A DNA stretch of 52,991 nt, the filler included, from Jimgerdemannia flammicorona (lineage: Eukaryota): assembly GCA_003990765.1 (NCBI GenBank). It is 2 parts of 2 records of this genome, joined end to end, with 100 filler letters (N's around TTAATTAATTAA, not from the genome) between each part and the next. Parts side by side here need not be neighbours in the genome. Positions count along the whole stretch, not along the records: positions 1 to 26,448 come from RBNJ01000726.1; positions 26,549 to 52,991 come from RBNJ01000727.1. The stretch is one strand, 5' to 3'. The position numbers and the translations under genes are program-made. The notes below the pieces were generated by a model, which had not been told where the DNA came from, did no database searches, and saw nothing but the letters and a program-made list of their open reading frames with translations. Positions 25,230 through 38,728 of the stretch are shown piece by piece (position 1 is the stretch's first letter; every line of letters begins with the position of its first letter).

Positions 25230-26386
25230 CTAGGACCCTACTGCTATGCTACTTGAACTGTCGGCCCCTGTGACCACCGAAATCGCTTGCTGTTGCAGGA
25301 CGTTTTTCAGAAGAGCCACCATTTCTCCCATGTCTTTCTTGAGGGTCGTAATTTCGTTGGTCATTCTGTCGATTTTCTGAACAGAACTCTCTTCCGCATT
25401 TTTCAACTTCTCCTCCTCCTTGATCAACTCCGCCTCCTGTTGTTCAACAAGATCTGCGCTTGCTTCATAAAAGATCAGATCCGGGAACCAGTTTTGATTA
25501 AAGCGCTCCCAAGGAAATAGCCAATAGACTTCGATCTCGGCAATGATTCCAGCCTTCGTTCTGAGCCAGACCTCATGTCGTCCTTCCTGCATGTCGTCAA
25601 CGATCTGCGTCATCAGCGCAATCAAGACATTGAGCAACACTGTTTGCGGAAACGAATTGGTGAGAATTTGTCGCTATTGGCTCACAATACATAAACTTAA
25701 TTCAGTGCGGAAAAATGTACTTACGTATGGCGGTTGTGAACGAAAACAGGATTTTGAAAACGTCAACATAGCGGTTTGTATCCCAATACGAAGTTGATGA
25801 CCAGTCACCTAACAATAATAATAGTCTGTTTAGAATAGAGACAGGATAAATGGGTCCTCACGATTGTCATACACATGCTTACCTGTCAGGAACAAGAATA
25901 CCGAGCGCATTGCGTAGTCTGGTGTACTAAAGTAATTGTTTCCATCCTGAGAAAGAGTAATGTTTCCACTTGTAGTGCCGTTGAGGTACCCCGTAAACGT
26001 AGTTGGTGGTTGGGCTATTTCGTTTGACCGGAGGAGCAGGTATAATCCAAACCCGGTACCAAGAATTAGCACCAGCAATACGGCGAATATTTCTCTCATC
26101 TTCTTTGTGATGTGAACTAGAACCGCCACAAGCATTCCAAAACCTTCGAATATACTAATAGCGATATTCAAATACTGAGAATTGAGTTGGGTATGTACGT
26201 GGGAATCATATACCAAAGAGTGTTGATTGCTCACCGTAGATGCAACAAAAATCGCCAAGAAAGCGCCAGAATCCCAAAGGCTTCGAGCGGTGCGATTGAT
26301 TTTGCATCGTCATTGCGGATGAATTCGATCGCAGCGGCCACCGGAAACGCAAATGCCGTGATATCAAAAAAGTTGAAAAGCCACGA
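25230..26386 (-). CDS. TRP-like cation channel (ion transport domain), 3' exons 26386-26235, 26154-25883, 25808-25725, 25639-25230; 5' part not seen
   Basis: Phase-compatible GT-AG introns give FNFFDITAFAFP..LLHLRIFEGFG..SVFLFLTGDWS..TAILLLNVLIALM..WLRTKAGIIAEIE (S3-S6 and TRP-box-like), then a coiled-coil-like tail. Confidence 0.85.
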
Positions 26387-26448
26387 CTGTAATCAAGTTA
26401 TTCAAATATTTAGTTGATGCACAAAAATAGGAGTTTTTTTTTTTTTTT

Positions 26449-26548
26449 NNNNNNNNNNNNNNNNNNNNNNNNNNNNNNNNNNNNNNNNNNNNTTAATTAA
26501 TTAANNNNNNNNNNNNNNNNNNNNNNNNNNNNNNNNNNNNNNNNNNNN
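26449..26548. other. Artificial scaffold/contig linker (N44-TTAATTAATTAA-N44)
   Basis: Exactly 100 nt and symmetric; the core has stops in all six frames. Confidence 0.95.
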
Positions 26549-28789
26549 CCCCCATCCCTTTCTGAACAAGAATACCCACTTTCCCCCTCCAAACTGCTGC
26601 ACCCCCCCATTCCTTAGTCCAATCCTGTAAATCCACATCTGCCTCATACCGAACATCCTGTAACAAGAAGAGGTCCGCATCCAGACCCCAAAGCAAACCA
26701 AAGATGTACTTCCTCCTAGCCGCCCCTCGTAACCCATTAATGTTCAATGAAAATATCCTTGTTGTACTGTTCATATTGAATAGAAGTTGTAAAAGAGACC
26801 TCAACCTATAATTCCATGCTCATCTCATCCCTCGCCAAGTCCAAGAGCTGCTCAGCTTCCAATTCACCCTCCGCAATATCCCGAGCATCCAGTGCCCCCA
26901 AGATTTCCTGACACTCCACCCTGTCCACCTCCTCCATATCCGCCCTGTAATCCAAGCAGACTGCATGCCACTTCTCTAGTCCCTTCCTCGAGTTCCACAA
27001 GACAAGCACCTGGTCACTCGCAATCCTTCTAAGCTCCTCCTCTCGCTGATCATCAACCTGATACTCGACCAACTCCAGAAGGACAGCCAGGATCTCATTC
27101 CTCATCTTCCTCGGCACCTCTTCCCCACGTAGGATCTCCTCCCAATGCCTCTCCTCCATCACCCTGAAGTCCTCACCCCCAGCTCCTCAGCTGCTACCCC
27201 TTCCAGGGTCTTCCACATCCACTTCTCCTCATCGACTGCCTCCGCCACCCCCTGAGCAATCTGTCCCCCATCCACCTTGGGGTCCACCAGTGTGCTCCTC
27301 CTCACTGACTCATCCCACTCCTCATCTGGCTCCTCCTCACCTCCTGCCCCATTTGGAACACTATACTGAGGGTGCCCACCTTCTCCCATTTCAGCATCCA
27401 CCTCCAAGTTATCCTCCTGCTCCTCCCCGACTCCAATCTGAGCCCCGCCCTGGGCCATCTCTCCCCCTTCAGCCCAGGCGCTCTCCTGCAACCCTGCAGT
27501 CCCTGCCCCGGAGCTTCCACCAGCCCCACCCCCACCCAACTTCGCTAACAACTCCTTCTGAATCTTCCTCCCCTGCAACTTCTCCCAGGCCCCCTTCTCC
27601 ATCTGAACCCTCTTCCCATCCACCTCCCCCACCACCGTCCTTGTCTCAAATTCCTTCCAGGCTAACCTCCTCCTTGCAACTGCCCCTTCCAGATCCTCTA
27701 GAGCCTCCAACAGATCCTCCTCCTCCTCCTGAGTCCCCTTCACCCTAGTGACCTTATACTCCACCTGTCCCCACCTCAGCACTGCTGGCCAGTCCCTTGA
27801 CTTCCCCGTATTCTCCTTTCCAGCCAGTCGTACCCTGACATCGACATCCCCAGTCCTAAGCTCCATGCCCTCCCAGACCTTGAACCCAACATCCACAATC
27901 TTACCATACTCCTTGATCGCCTCCACAACCAACTCCCTGGTCCTTTCCTTCGACACTGTAGGGAGGTCCAACACCATCAACTGTACCACCCGGGAGTCCC
28001 AGTGCATACACTGGGCCATAGGGACCACAACCCCGCCAACTATCACCCCCTTCTCCATGGCCGCCAACAAGGCGTCCTCCTCCTCAAACCCCACCTCAAC
28101 CCCTTCCTTTCCCCTCAAGAACTTCACCAACGCCGCTCCCTTAGCCTCCTGCGCCACCAGCCCCAAAATCATTCTCGCCGTCACGGCCAAGCCCCAGAAG
28201 CACATCGTGACCCCAAATTCGGACCTCGACTTCTTGAGTAATGGGGCCAACACCATGCCCATCACCCCATCTGCCAGGTCCCTGGGCCTCGTGCCCCCTC
28301 TAAGTCCCAAATTGCCGACCGCCATCACATCTGGATTTTTTGCCAGATCCCCAGTTACAGCCCCATCAGTGGTCACATCTCCCGCCCCTACTCCGGCCCC
28401 TTCCCTACCACCAGAAGCACCCTGGGGTGTATCTCCCTGACCACCGGCAGTAGCCATCAATGCCTTCCCCAGTCCCAGCCAACTATCCAGCCCAGAAGCC
28501 ATCTTCCCCATCCAGACCTTGTCAGTAAAGGTCAACCGCTCCCCTCCTCTCTGCCTCAGACCTCCCCTCCCTCCACTACTGGGGCCCCGGCTAGCCATCG
28601 AGGCCCCTGGCATCCCCAAACCATCTCCCCTCCTCCCCACCTGCTGCCAGCCAAAGGCACCGCCACCCCCCTGGCCAGTACGCTCACCAGATCGATCATT
28701 GCTATCCATGTTGTTAGTCGTCGGGTACCAAAAACATTGTAAAAAGTGTTGTCTGAGTTTTGTGTCACCTGAATGTTACTGGTGAAAGG
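26549..28789 (-). mobile_element. LINE-3: 5' part of a young copy (ORF1 28709-26806 with a frameshift near 27160; ORF2 starts at 26774, cut by the linker)
   Basis: 516-aa open ORF1 homologous to LINE-1 and LINE-2; MNSTTRIFSLNINGLRG APE start; same 5' terminus CTTTCACCAGTAACATTCAGG; CpGs largely retained. Confidence 0.93.
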
Positions 28790-30209
28790 ATTGACGATCA
28801 TGGAACTCTGCTTGTGTATTTGCCATAAAATGACAGATTCTTTACCAATGTAAAAGAGATATCTGGTCATAGACTGGCAGTTATCTAAGTCTTTAGCCCA
28901 GTCAGTATTACAAGTATCAGATTGTTGGATACTATTACTCTTACTTAATTCAATATCACTATTAAATGTGAGTATATAGTATACTGATCTCTTTAAGTAT
29001 CTAAATATTCTCTTAATTGCTGTTCAGTGTGAGTTGTCATAGTATGAGCAATACTGCATCATCTTATTTATAGCATATGATATATCAGGTCTCATTTCTA
29101 GTATAAGATATATAAGAGAATCAATCACTTGTTTGTAGAGAATATTATTGGCAGCATTCTTGACAGGTGTATTATTATTATCTATCTTAAGTATATTGTT
29201 GGGCTTCCTTAGTTTTATAGAGTTTTATAGAAGTCTCAATTGAAGTACTAATGGGCTTACAATCACTCATATTAAAGCATTCAAGAATTGTTTAACTTAT
29301 AAGAGATATATGGTGTGTACATTCTTGTTATATATAATGGATATCTCCAAAAAGAAGAATATATTACTCATATTGGTTATCTTGAATTCTCAGCATAGAG
29401 TTCTCTTTATTCTGTTAAGCCTATTCTTACTAGCTACAATGATGATATTATCAACCCATATGCTGATATATACTATACTATTATTATAACACTAAATATA
29501 TATAGAATTGTCTGCTTTATAATGCTTGAATCTATTATCAAAGAGATGTTTATCAATCTTTTTATTCCATAGACATACTGCTTGCTTGATGCTATATAAT
29601 TCTTTACATAATCTATATATGAGATTGCCATTCTGATTATTATATAGTTTATATCCTTGTGGTTTATAAATATTATAATGTAGCAGACACTTACTCTTGA
29701 AAGTATATCAGATTTCTGTATCTTAAATACTCAGTCTTCTCTGACTCCTTGGAGTCCTTGGGATGTAGGGATGGATGAGTTCGAAGTGTATCTGCCTGCA
29801 GGCTTACTAGTTCCTTTGCTATCTCTTTACTTTTGAACTATTTCGATCTGAGGTTTATTCACTCTAAGATACTGGGTTATTTATACAAGTTTTGCTAACT
29901 ATAAGGTGGCTAAGTAATGGCTCATTTTACAAGTATTGAATATTTTAATATCTGCTAAGATTTTGCTGATCACGAAGATTTTAACATCTCCTAAATCTTT
30001 GCAAATGTTAAAGTTTCTGCACTTTGTGGAATATGGCTGCTATTTTGATGAGGCTAAGCTATATTGGGAATCGGATTCAGATACTGCCATCAAATGTCTA
30101 ATTCCCCTGTTTCATGTTACTAATTCAGATCAGCTGTCATATCTTCCTCCTGAATAGATGATTCATCTCAGGAGTATCCTATTCACTTGAATTCCCAGGC
30201 TTCTATGAT

Positions 30210-30644
30210 TCAAATTTCCTTATACTGTGTGATTTGTATCATTACATCCTTCCAATGTTGTCTCTTGACATATCCAAAGTCTCCTGGGGTTACTCCTTGG
30301 AAATTGGCTAAGGCTGACTCATCATCTTTAAATAACTTGTGTACTCTTTTTGCAATTGTGATCTGAGTGTAGGAGAGCTGACATTCTCTGATCCAGTCTT
30401 CTTTTCCCATCTTCAGTCTTGAATTCAGTAGCTGTCCCAACTTGAAGTATTTCTGGAACTTAGTTCAGTTCTGGTAGGTCTTGCAATGTGAGATTTATAA
30501 CAAGTGTATTTACACTATACTCTGGATGCTATCAAATGATTCTTCCATTGTTGGTGGCTTGGTGGAATACCACTGTCTTTTAATGGCTCGCTGGGCTACA
30601 CTAGTAATTCTGAGGGCAGCAGTATTACTTTGTTGACTGGTCAT
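30210..30644 (-). pseudogene. G2 ORF3 (env position, ~145 codons, three in-frame stops), unknown function
   Basis: ATG at 30644 overlaps the pol end; single frame with TAA, TAA, TGA (revertible to CAA/CGA); aligns to G3 ORF3. Confidence 0.75.
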
Positions 30645-33329
30645 GATACTTCTTGAGTCAGTTTCGGTGGATGGTAGTGGGGATGATTGTGCCTGAGAGT
30701 TTTTATAGCCAAAAGGTGGTTCCTTTTATATCTTGCACAAGGTAAGGTCCTTCCCACTGGGCTTCAGTTTTCATGACCATGAGGCTTCTACCATGTTCTG
30801 ATACACCAGGACTTTGTCTCCTATCTTGATAATCTCTAGGGGTTTGTGGGTTTTTTCCACATTCTTCCATTGTAGTGTCTGTGCCTTCATTATGTAATTT
30901 TCAGCCTTCTTCCTGATTTGGTATAGTCTTTGTATTTCTCCATCCACATGTTTCCATACAGTATTTTCCATTGGATGATAGGGTTTCTTGAGAACTTTCT
31001 TCTCTGAACAGCATTTCTCAAGAGGTAAAGTGGGTACTTTGTGATCTGATATCTCAGAGAGCAGATAATGCTATCAGCAGATAGTGATCTCAGTTTTCAT
31101 AGTTATCACAGATCTTGGCAATGACATTCTTGAGAGTCTTATTGGTCCTTTCTGCTTGTCTGTTTCCTTGAGGGTGATAGGCTATAGTCTGAATGTGCTG
31201 GATCTTGTACTTCTTGTAGAGAACCTCAAAGAACTGGTTCACAAATTCTGTTCCTCTATCTGTAGTTACTTACATTGGGGTCTTGAACCAGCAGATGATT
31301 TCTTTGTAGAAGAAATCAGCAATTGACTGTATATTAACTTCCTTGAGGGGTCCTACTTCTATCCACTTCATAAAAAGGTCTATAATGACAATGATATATC
31401 GGTTACCAGTCAGGGTCAAGGGTAGAGAGCCAATTACATCCATTGCTATATGGGCAAATGGTACTGGTTCTATGTGTGCTGATCCTGAGACTTGGTTTTA
31501 TTGGTCTTGTTTCTGTTTCTGGCATTTGTCACAGGTTTTGACAAACTGTCTGATATCTTTCTCCATTCCTGGCCACCATATTATTCTTCTTGCCTTATTA
31601 TATGTATTTATTCCTCCTAGATGACTAAGTTCATGTACTGATTTTATTGCTTGTTCCTTCTTGTATTCTGGTATGACTAGTAGTTTTCCTTTCTTCAGTA
31701 TTTGTCTATTAGTTTCAAATTGTTTCCATATTCTGTTGATAATTATTTGCATCTATTCTTCCGGATATTGGGGCATCTTTCACTGTCCCAGATATGTGAT
31801 GATTCCATAGTAGAGCTCTTTATTCATAATTGATTTGTTGGTTGGAGGTATTTCGAGATATCCATGAGAGAGCATCTGCATTGGAATTTGTTCTTCCAGG
31901 GTAGTATACAATAGTTACATCATAGGCTTGTAACTTCATTATCCATCTGGCATAGATTCCTTTAGGTTGTCCAGTTGTCAGTAGCCAGGTGAGAGCTGAG
32001 TGGTCCATCTGAATAGTGAAGTATCTTCCAGCCAGATAGTAGTAGAACTTTTCCACAGCCCAGATGACTGCGAGGCATTCCAACCTGTAGGATTCATATT
32101 CTTTTTCAGCTCCTCAGGTTCCTCAGCTTAGATATGCAATGATATACTCTTTTTTGTCTTCCTTTTGAGCTAGAACTGCTCCTAGTCCTTATGCACTTGT
32201 GTCTGTCTGAAGGATAAATTCTTGGGTCCAATTGGGTCATCTGAGGATGGGTGCCTAGATCAGTCTGACCTTGAGTTCATCAAATGCTTTTTGTTATCTG
32301 CTTGTCCAGTTGAATTTAGTTGTTGAGTTCATAGATTGGACCTGCAATATTAGAGAATCCTCTGATAAATCTGTGATAGTAGGAGGCAAGTCCCATAAAG
32401 GCTTGGGCTTCTGTAACAGTTGTGGGCCTTGGGTATACTGCTACTGCTTGTATCTTGAGGGGGTCTGTGTGCATTCCATCTCGATTGATAACATGACCAA
32501 GGTAGGAGATCTCAATTTCTGCAAATTTGCATTTCTTGGGCTTGATATACAGGCCATGCTTTCTCAGTCTTTCTATTATCTGCCTTATGTACTGTAGGTA
32601 TTCCTCAGGTGTCTTGCTGTAGATGATTATATCATTGACATAGACCATCAACTATCTTCCCATGTCATAGCAGAAGATTTTGTTCATCATTTGCTGAAAG
32701 CTTATTAGTGCATTGCATATCCCGAACAGTATTTATAGGTAGATATAGGTTCCATCTGGGGTGATGAAGGCTGAATTTTCACTTGTCATCTCTGTGAGTC
32801 CGATTTGGTGGAATCCTGAGTATAAGTCCAAGGTACTGTAGTACTGTGCTTCATCTCCCAGTATTATAAGGATGTCACTGATGAGGGGCAGTGGTTGGCA
32901 ATCCTTCTTGGTAACTACATTGAGCTTTCTGTAGTTAACACAGAGTCTTGGGGTGAATTCTCCAGGTTTGCTTTCTTTTTTTGGGGCTAGTACAACTGGT
33001 GAAGACCAGGGGCTGCTGGCTTCTTTGATAATACTGGCTTCTTCCATCTGCTTGATTTCTTCTCTGAGCTATTCTTGGTAGGCTGGTGGGACAGGTCTTG
33101 CCTTCTGGTAAATTGGTTCGGTGTCTCTGGTATCTATCTCATGATAGTAGTGTGGGGTCTTTCCCTTGATATCCTTGAAATCTGTGGCAAGAATATCCTC
33201 GAATTCATGGAGTATTTTCTTAAGTTCCTCCTTAAGTGGAAATTTATTTCCAATGGTATAACTGTGCTTATTTGTGATTTCCTCCTTCTTATGCTCCAGT
33301 TCAGTGATCTTGATACTGGCAAATACTCC

Positions 33330-33730
33330 TCTTTCTGTGGATCTGAATCCTTTCTTTCCTCTTTTCATTTCCTCCAAATTCTTGACTTCTATGATCCTTG
33401 GTTATAGGATTGGAAAGATCAATATCTGTGCCAATCGGTCCTTCTTCTTGACCAGGAATGGGATTGTAGGATTGTGATTCCTAGCAATGAGCAGGATTTC
33501 TCCAGTATAGTCAGAATCCATGACTCCTCCTTCAATTGTAATTTCGCTTCTGACCAGGCTACTTCTTATCTTGAGGATCCTGACATGATCCTTTGGGATA
33601 GTCATCTCCAGTCCAGTTGCAAGTAGGGTGGTTGTTTGGGGTTCTAGTACAGCTTCTTCTACTGTGATGATGTCCATTCCAGCTGCATTTTCTGACTTGT
33701 ATTCTGATAAGACTACATCAGGGTGGGTCC
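33330..33730 (-). pseudogene. dut: dUTPase domain in G2, between PR and RT
   Basis: AAGMDI, RSSL, GGVMDSDYTGEI, RLAQ, RGKKGFRST. Confidence 0.93.
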
Positions 33731-36700
33731 TTCAGATCTTGACCTTAATTTCTTCATCATCATCACTATCCTCTAGGAGGACTGGTAGTTCATCATCTTC
33801 CTCCTCCTTCTCTTCTCTGATCTGTTTTTTGAGAGCTTTCTGTCTTCTTTTCTGGTGGATTTTCTTGATTCTGATGGTGCACTGGTAGTAATCATTGACA
33901 TGCTCCATATAGTACATCTTGATCCCATAAGAACAGACTCCTTGTAGTATATAGCCTTCTGCGATCTTCTTGTACCATTCTTCTTTGCTCATCTGCCCAA
34001 CTTTCTTCTTCAGAGTAGTCACTATATAAGCTTTCTCTTGCTCACTCTCTTCTTCCTCCATATCAGGCAAGACTCCTTTGTTGACATTGATGGGAATTCG
34101 TATCTTCTGTCCCTGGTAGGTGATTTGTATCTTCTGGATATTGAGATCAATTACTGCCCTGGCTTTATGAAGCTATTGATTGCTGATGAGGATGTCATAG
34201 TTGGTGGTATTGGTTACGATTATATCTACTGGGATGGTTGCTCCTCCAATCTTGATGGAGACTTCTCAGATCTTTCCCAGAGGGGTGGCTCTTGTGCCAT
34301 CTGCTGTGACAAAAACCAACTTGGTTGCTTCTTCAACTTTCCAGCCTAGGCAGTCTGCTGCTTTCTTGCTGAGGAGATCCAGTATCGATGATGGCCTCAA
34401 AGACTCTATCTTCAATTTGGCATGTTGCATAGGCAGAGGTTTTGTGATTGTCTTCACTTTCTTCTCCTGAGTCCTCTTGAATATTATTGGCCTTGGTTAT
34501 CTTCCATCCTTGCTTCTTGGTTGTTTTGGCAAGTCTGAACCTCATTTGTTGTCTGAATGTTGGAATTTCTGTAAGCTGACCAAAGGTTGCATTGACCTTT
34601 TATTGGCTAAGGTCCTTGAAGATATTGTACTTGAAAGTCTTGATCTTGCAAAGTTTCTTTTCTTTTTCTCCTTTGCTGGCTGGAGTAGTTCCTTGGATAA
34701 TATCTTGAACTGCTTGCTCCAGCTCCATATCTTGGTCCATCTCTTCAGCTTAGCTTTCAGTGGCCATTTCCATCTGCTTTTCTACTGGGTTCTTCTTGGG
34801 TCTTCCTGGTGGTCTCTTGTAGGGTTCCTTGTGAACATCCTTCTTGGTAGTCTGAGCAGGATAGGCCTCTCATTCTTCTTCATCAGAATCTCCAATTTCC
34901 TCAAAGGTAATTATATTGGCCTGCTCCTTGTTTCATGTAGCATTGCTTGGTTGAGCCTTGCACTTAGTTTCGCTCATGCATTCATAGAAGTAGTGGTCTT
35001 CTTCTCTGTAGGTATAGCAGGTACCTTTCTTCTTGTCTGAGGTAGCAACAAACTTCTGAACTGGGTGGCAGTTTCTTCCTTGGATTTCTTTTACCATATC
35101 TCCTAGGTGGGCAGTCATTTCAGCAAACCTCTTGGCAAGTTCCTCCATAAGATTACTATTCTTTTGCTGCTCTGTAATTTTTGGCTGAGGTGTGTTTCGA
35201 TTGATCATTATAGTAGAGATCACACTGGTTGTCTTGAGTGTTTCGATTCTGACTCCTGTGACTCTTTCCATTGTATGGTCTTGTGGGTGTCTGGCTGTCC
35301 AATATTGTTGAGCATAGGTAATCTTCTGTGGCAGATCCAAGACTACTAGTGATGAATGGATGGTCATGGCTATCTCTGGGTAAACTCCTTTCATGAAGGT
35401 TGCTTCAGCTACTTGATCTTAGATAGCAGTAGCATAATCTGCAAGGATTATCTAATATCGAATTCTGGTATAGAATGTGTTTGGATCCTCACTTATTCCT
35501 TGGCATATTGTGTTGAGCTAATCCTTCAGGGCTTGCTTGATCTTGTCTATAATATGTATTTCAGAGCCAGGTTTTCTGTGCTGTCAGTATAGCATCGGCA
35601 TCATTTCCTGCATAGGTTGTGGCTGTGAATGCTGCTCTGGCAGGACCTCATAGGCTAAAGGGCATGAGGACTACTTGCTGTACTGCTGTCAGGGTCCTTA
35701 CAGCAGCATACTACTCGAAATCATCAATGAAGATAATGATTGATTCATCTGAGGTATACCTGTGGAATACTGGTGGTCTCATATCCATTTTGTCTGGGTA
35801 TTGTGGCTTGGTTTGTGTAGTTGCTCAGGTAGTGACAGTTGTTTATTGTTCAGCTTGAAAGTGAGGGATTTGTCTTGAATTACTAGCCAATGGGCACTAA
35901 GTTGTAATGTAGCAGATGCTTACTCTTGAAAGTATATATCTTGAATACTCAGTCTTCTCTGACTCCTCAGAGTCCTTGGGATGCAAGGATGGATGAGTTT
36001 GAAGTGTATCTGTCCACAGGCTTACTAGTTCCTTTGCTATCTCTTTGCTTTTGAACTATTTCGATCTGAGGTTTATTCACTCTAAGATACTGGGTTATTT
36101 ATATAAGTTTTGCTAACTATAAGGTGGCTAAGTAATGGCTCATTTCACAAGTATTGAATCTTTTAACATCTGCTAAGATTTTGCTGATTGCAAAGATTCT
36201 AACATCTCCTAAATCTTTGCAAACATTAAAGTTTCTATGCTTTGTGGAATATGGCTGCTATTTTTATGAGGCTAAGCTATATTGGGAATCAGATTCAGAT
36301 ACTATGATCAAATGTCTAATTCCCTTATTTCATGTTACTAATTCAGATCAGCTATCACAATATATAGTTCAGTATCTATATCACTATTCAGGAAGACTAT
36401 CTTAATATCTATCTGATAGATCTCCAGATTGTACAGTATACTAATTACAAGGAGTATTCTAAGCAAAGTAATCTTAAATACTAGTGAAAATATCTCATTG
36501 TAGTCTATACCATAATCTTGTGAATAACTCTTAGTAATGAAATAAGCTTTATATTACTCTACATTTCCTTTAGCATTGTACTTTATCTTATATACCTACT
36601 TGGATTCAATTGTTTAGTGATTTGGTAAAAGGAGTACTAGATTTCATATATCATTCTTGATAAGTGAATTATATTCCTCATCTATAGCTCATTTTTATCT

Positions 36701-38605
36701 TTTGCTATTAGGATTAATTATGGCTTTGTCATATATGCTTAACTTGCTAGGAGATATTATGATATATGTGTATTTATATGCTTCAGCATAGCTTATATGG
36801 TCCTTATATTGCCATCAAGAGCTTATTAGTATATCCTAATAACTACCTAATTCTGAACAAGTTTCTTGTTAAATGTTGGAGTACTTTTATACTTATTTAC
36901 TCTTTATAGAGATAGAGAATCTCTTATCATTAAAGGATTTACTATCATTATCTTTAATCTCTATTATTTTTGGCTCAGATATCTCTGGCTCAGACTCAGA
37001 TATATATAGTGGTTGAAAATAGTTCTAATTGACCACTGGAGAGATGGATAACAGTTGCTATATTTTTACTAACTGAGATATAGAGGTTTTGACTAATACT
37101 TTTATATAGATCTCTAAATTATTTCTCTTTTCTCTAAACTATACATTATATAAAATGACTATATACTGCTTATATAAATCTTATAGTCAATATATTTTGC
37201 TGGAGTATCTAAGAAGTATGTGCTTACTTGTCTTGAGTTCAAATTTATTTCAAATAGTATTGCTTTTGTTAAAGATATATGCTTCACAACCAAATATGTA
37301 TAGATATGATATATCTGACTTGGATCTGCTCTATAATTCTTTAGAGGTAAGATCATCATCTCTGAAATGCTTATTATTGCTGAAATCCTTGCTTAGTAAT
37401 TGAGAAATATATCAATTATCTATATATACTATAGTATTTATAGCTTCAGCCCAATAAGAATATGACAATTCAGTGGTATTGATCATTATATATACTATTT
37501 CTATAACTGTACAGTTAAATCACATAGCCATGCCATTTTTCTGAGACATATAGGGAGCTATTGTTTGATGGTCTATATCATACTTTGTCAGAAACTACTT
37601 AAATATATGATTGACATATTTATATCTATTATCTGATTGTATAGTATATATTCTATATCTTGTTTTATTTTTGTTGATTGCTTTGAATTCCTTGAATTTG
37701 TCCAAAGCTTCACTCTTTGCTGATAAAAGGTATACATATGCTTTACATATATTATTATTGATAAATATTAGAAAATATCTCTTACTGAAGTATGATGGGA
37801 TATATATTGGCCTATATATATCTATATATATAAGATCTAGGATCTCAGATATGCACTTTAATCATTCTTTGAATGGTTATCAGAAAGTCTTGTTTTCCAT
37901 ATATGTCTTGCAAAAATTATCCTCAAGATATATATATATCAGTAATATATTTATGGAGCCATTCCTGATCATCTGTTTAAAGCTTATCTTGTCTATATAT
38001 CCTAAGTATTAATACTATATATTAGATATATCAGGTATAGTTATTACATATGTAGAGGCTTTTGTACTATTTGATATATCATTGATCATATAAAGATTTC
38101 CATATTTTAAGACTATCATTAATCACTTATTGTTATGTGAATTATATTGTTGCACTCTTTAAATGTATATGTATCTCTTTATTACTATGGGTCATCATTT
38201 TATCTATGAAGAAGAGGTTCTTTTCCTATCTCCAAAGCATATAGTATATCTGCAAGAGTAGTGACAGGCTCAATAACATTTCTATAGAGATATATGCTGA
38301 TATTTCTCTTTTCTTAAGCATAGATAATATTATTATCTCTCAACTTAATAAGTATAGGGTATTTGAATGGTTAATATATGGAGAACTATTCCCTATATGG
38401 TATTATATATTATATGGTTCCAGAATCTATTAACCAGATATCATTATCATTGGCTACATTGGTATATTTGTTAGATATATAGTTAGGCATATGGTTGGCA
38501 GTTTTTCTATCTGTACTGCTAGTGGTACTGACATCATCACTACTTTTTATTGGGTGAAAAGTGTTTTGCTTTTACTGTTGACCAGAATTCATAAATAATA
38601 GGTTA

Positions 38606-38728
38606 GTGGATTTGATAGTAGATCTTGTGCTAGCAGAGCTGGTGCTGTCAGAATTAGTAGTGAATTTAGTAGTAGATTTTATGCTGGCAGAGCTGGTACT
38701 GTTGGAATTAGCAGTGGATTTGGTAGGA
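38606..38728. repeat. 54-bp tandem repeat (~2.3 copies) encoding a Ser/Thr-rich stretch in the copia gag-PR linker
   Basis: Units start at 38606, 38660, 38714. Confidence 0.8.

Larger units (their letters stand above)
29674..36359 (-). mobile_element. Gypsy G2: complete LTR retrotransposon (gag-PR-dUTPase-RT-RH-INT-ORF3), mutated
   Basis: LTRs 29674-30141 and 35903-36359; 4-bp TSD ATAT (29670-29673, 36360-36363); PPT 30142-30151; IIDTGS, SPWSSPVV, YVND, ECLAVIWAV, WWPGM, KWEGPY motifs. Confidence 0.95.

Noticed and set aside
26434..26448. T-run as the poly(A) tail of LINE-3 inserted in the channel intron
   Set aside because: No matching TSD; the LINE-3 5' flank is copia; homopolymer runs are common in host introns here; an artificial linker intervenes.
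26493..26504. TTAATTAATTAA as a biological palindrome
   Set aside because: Synthetic six-frame-stop spacer centred in Ns.
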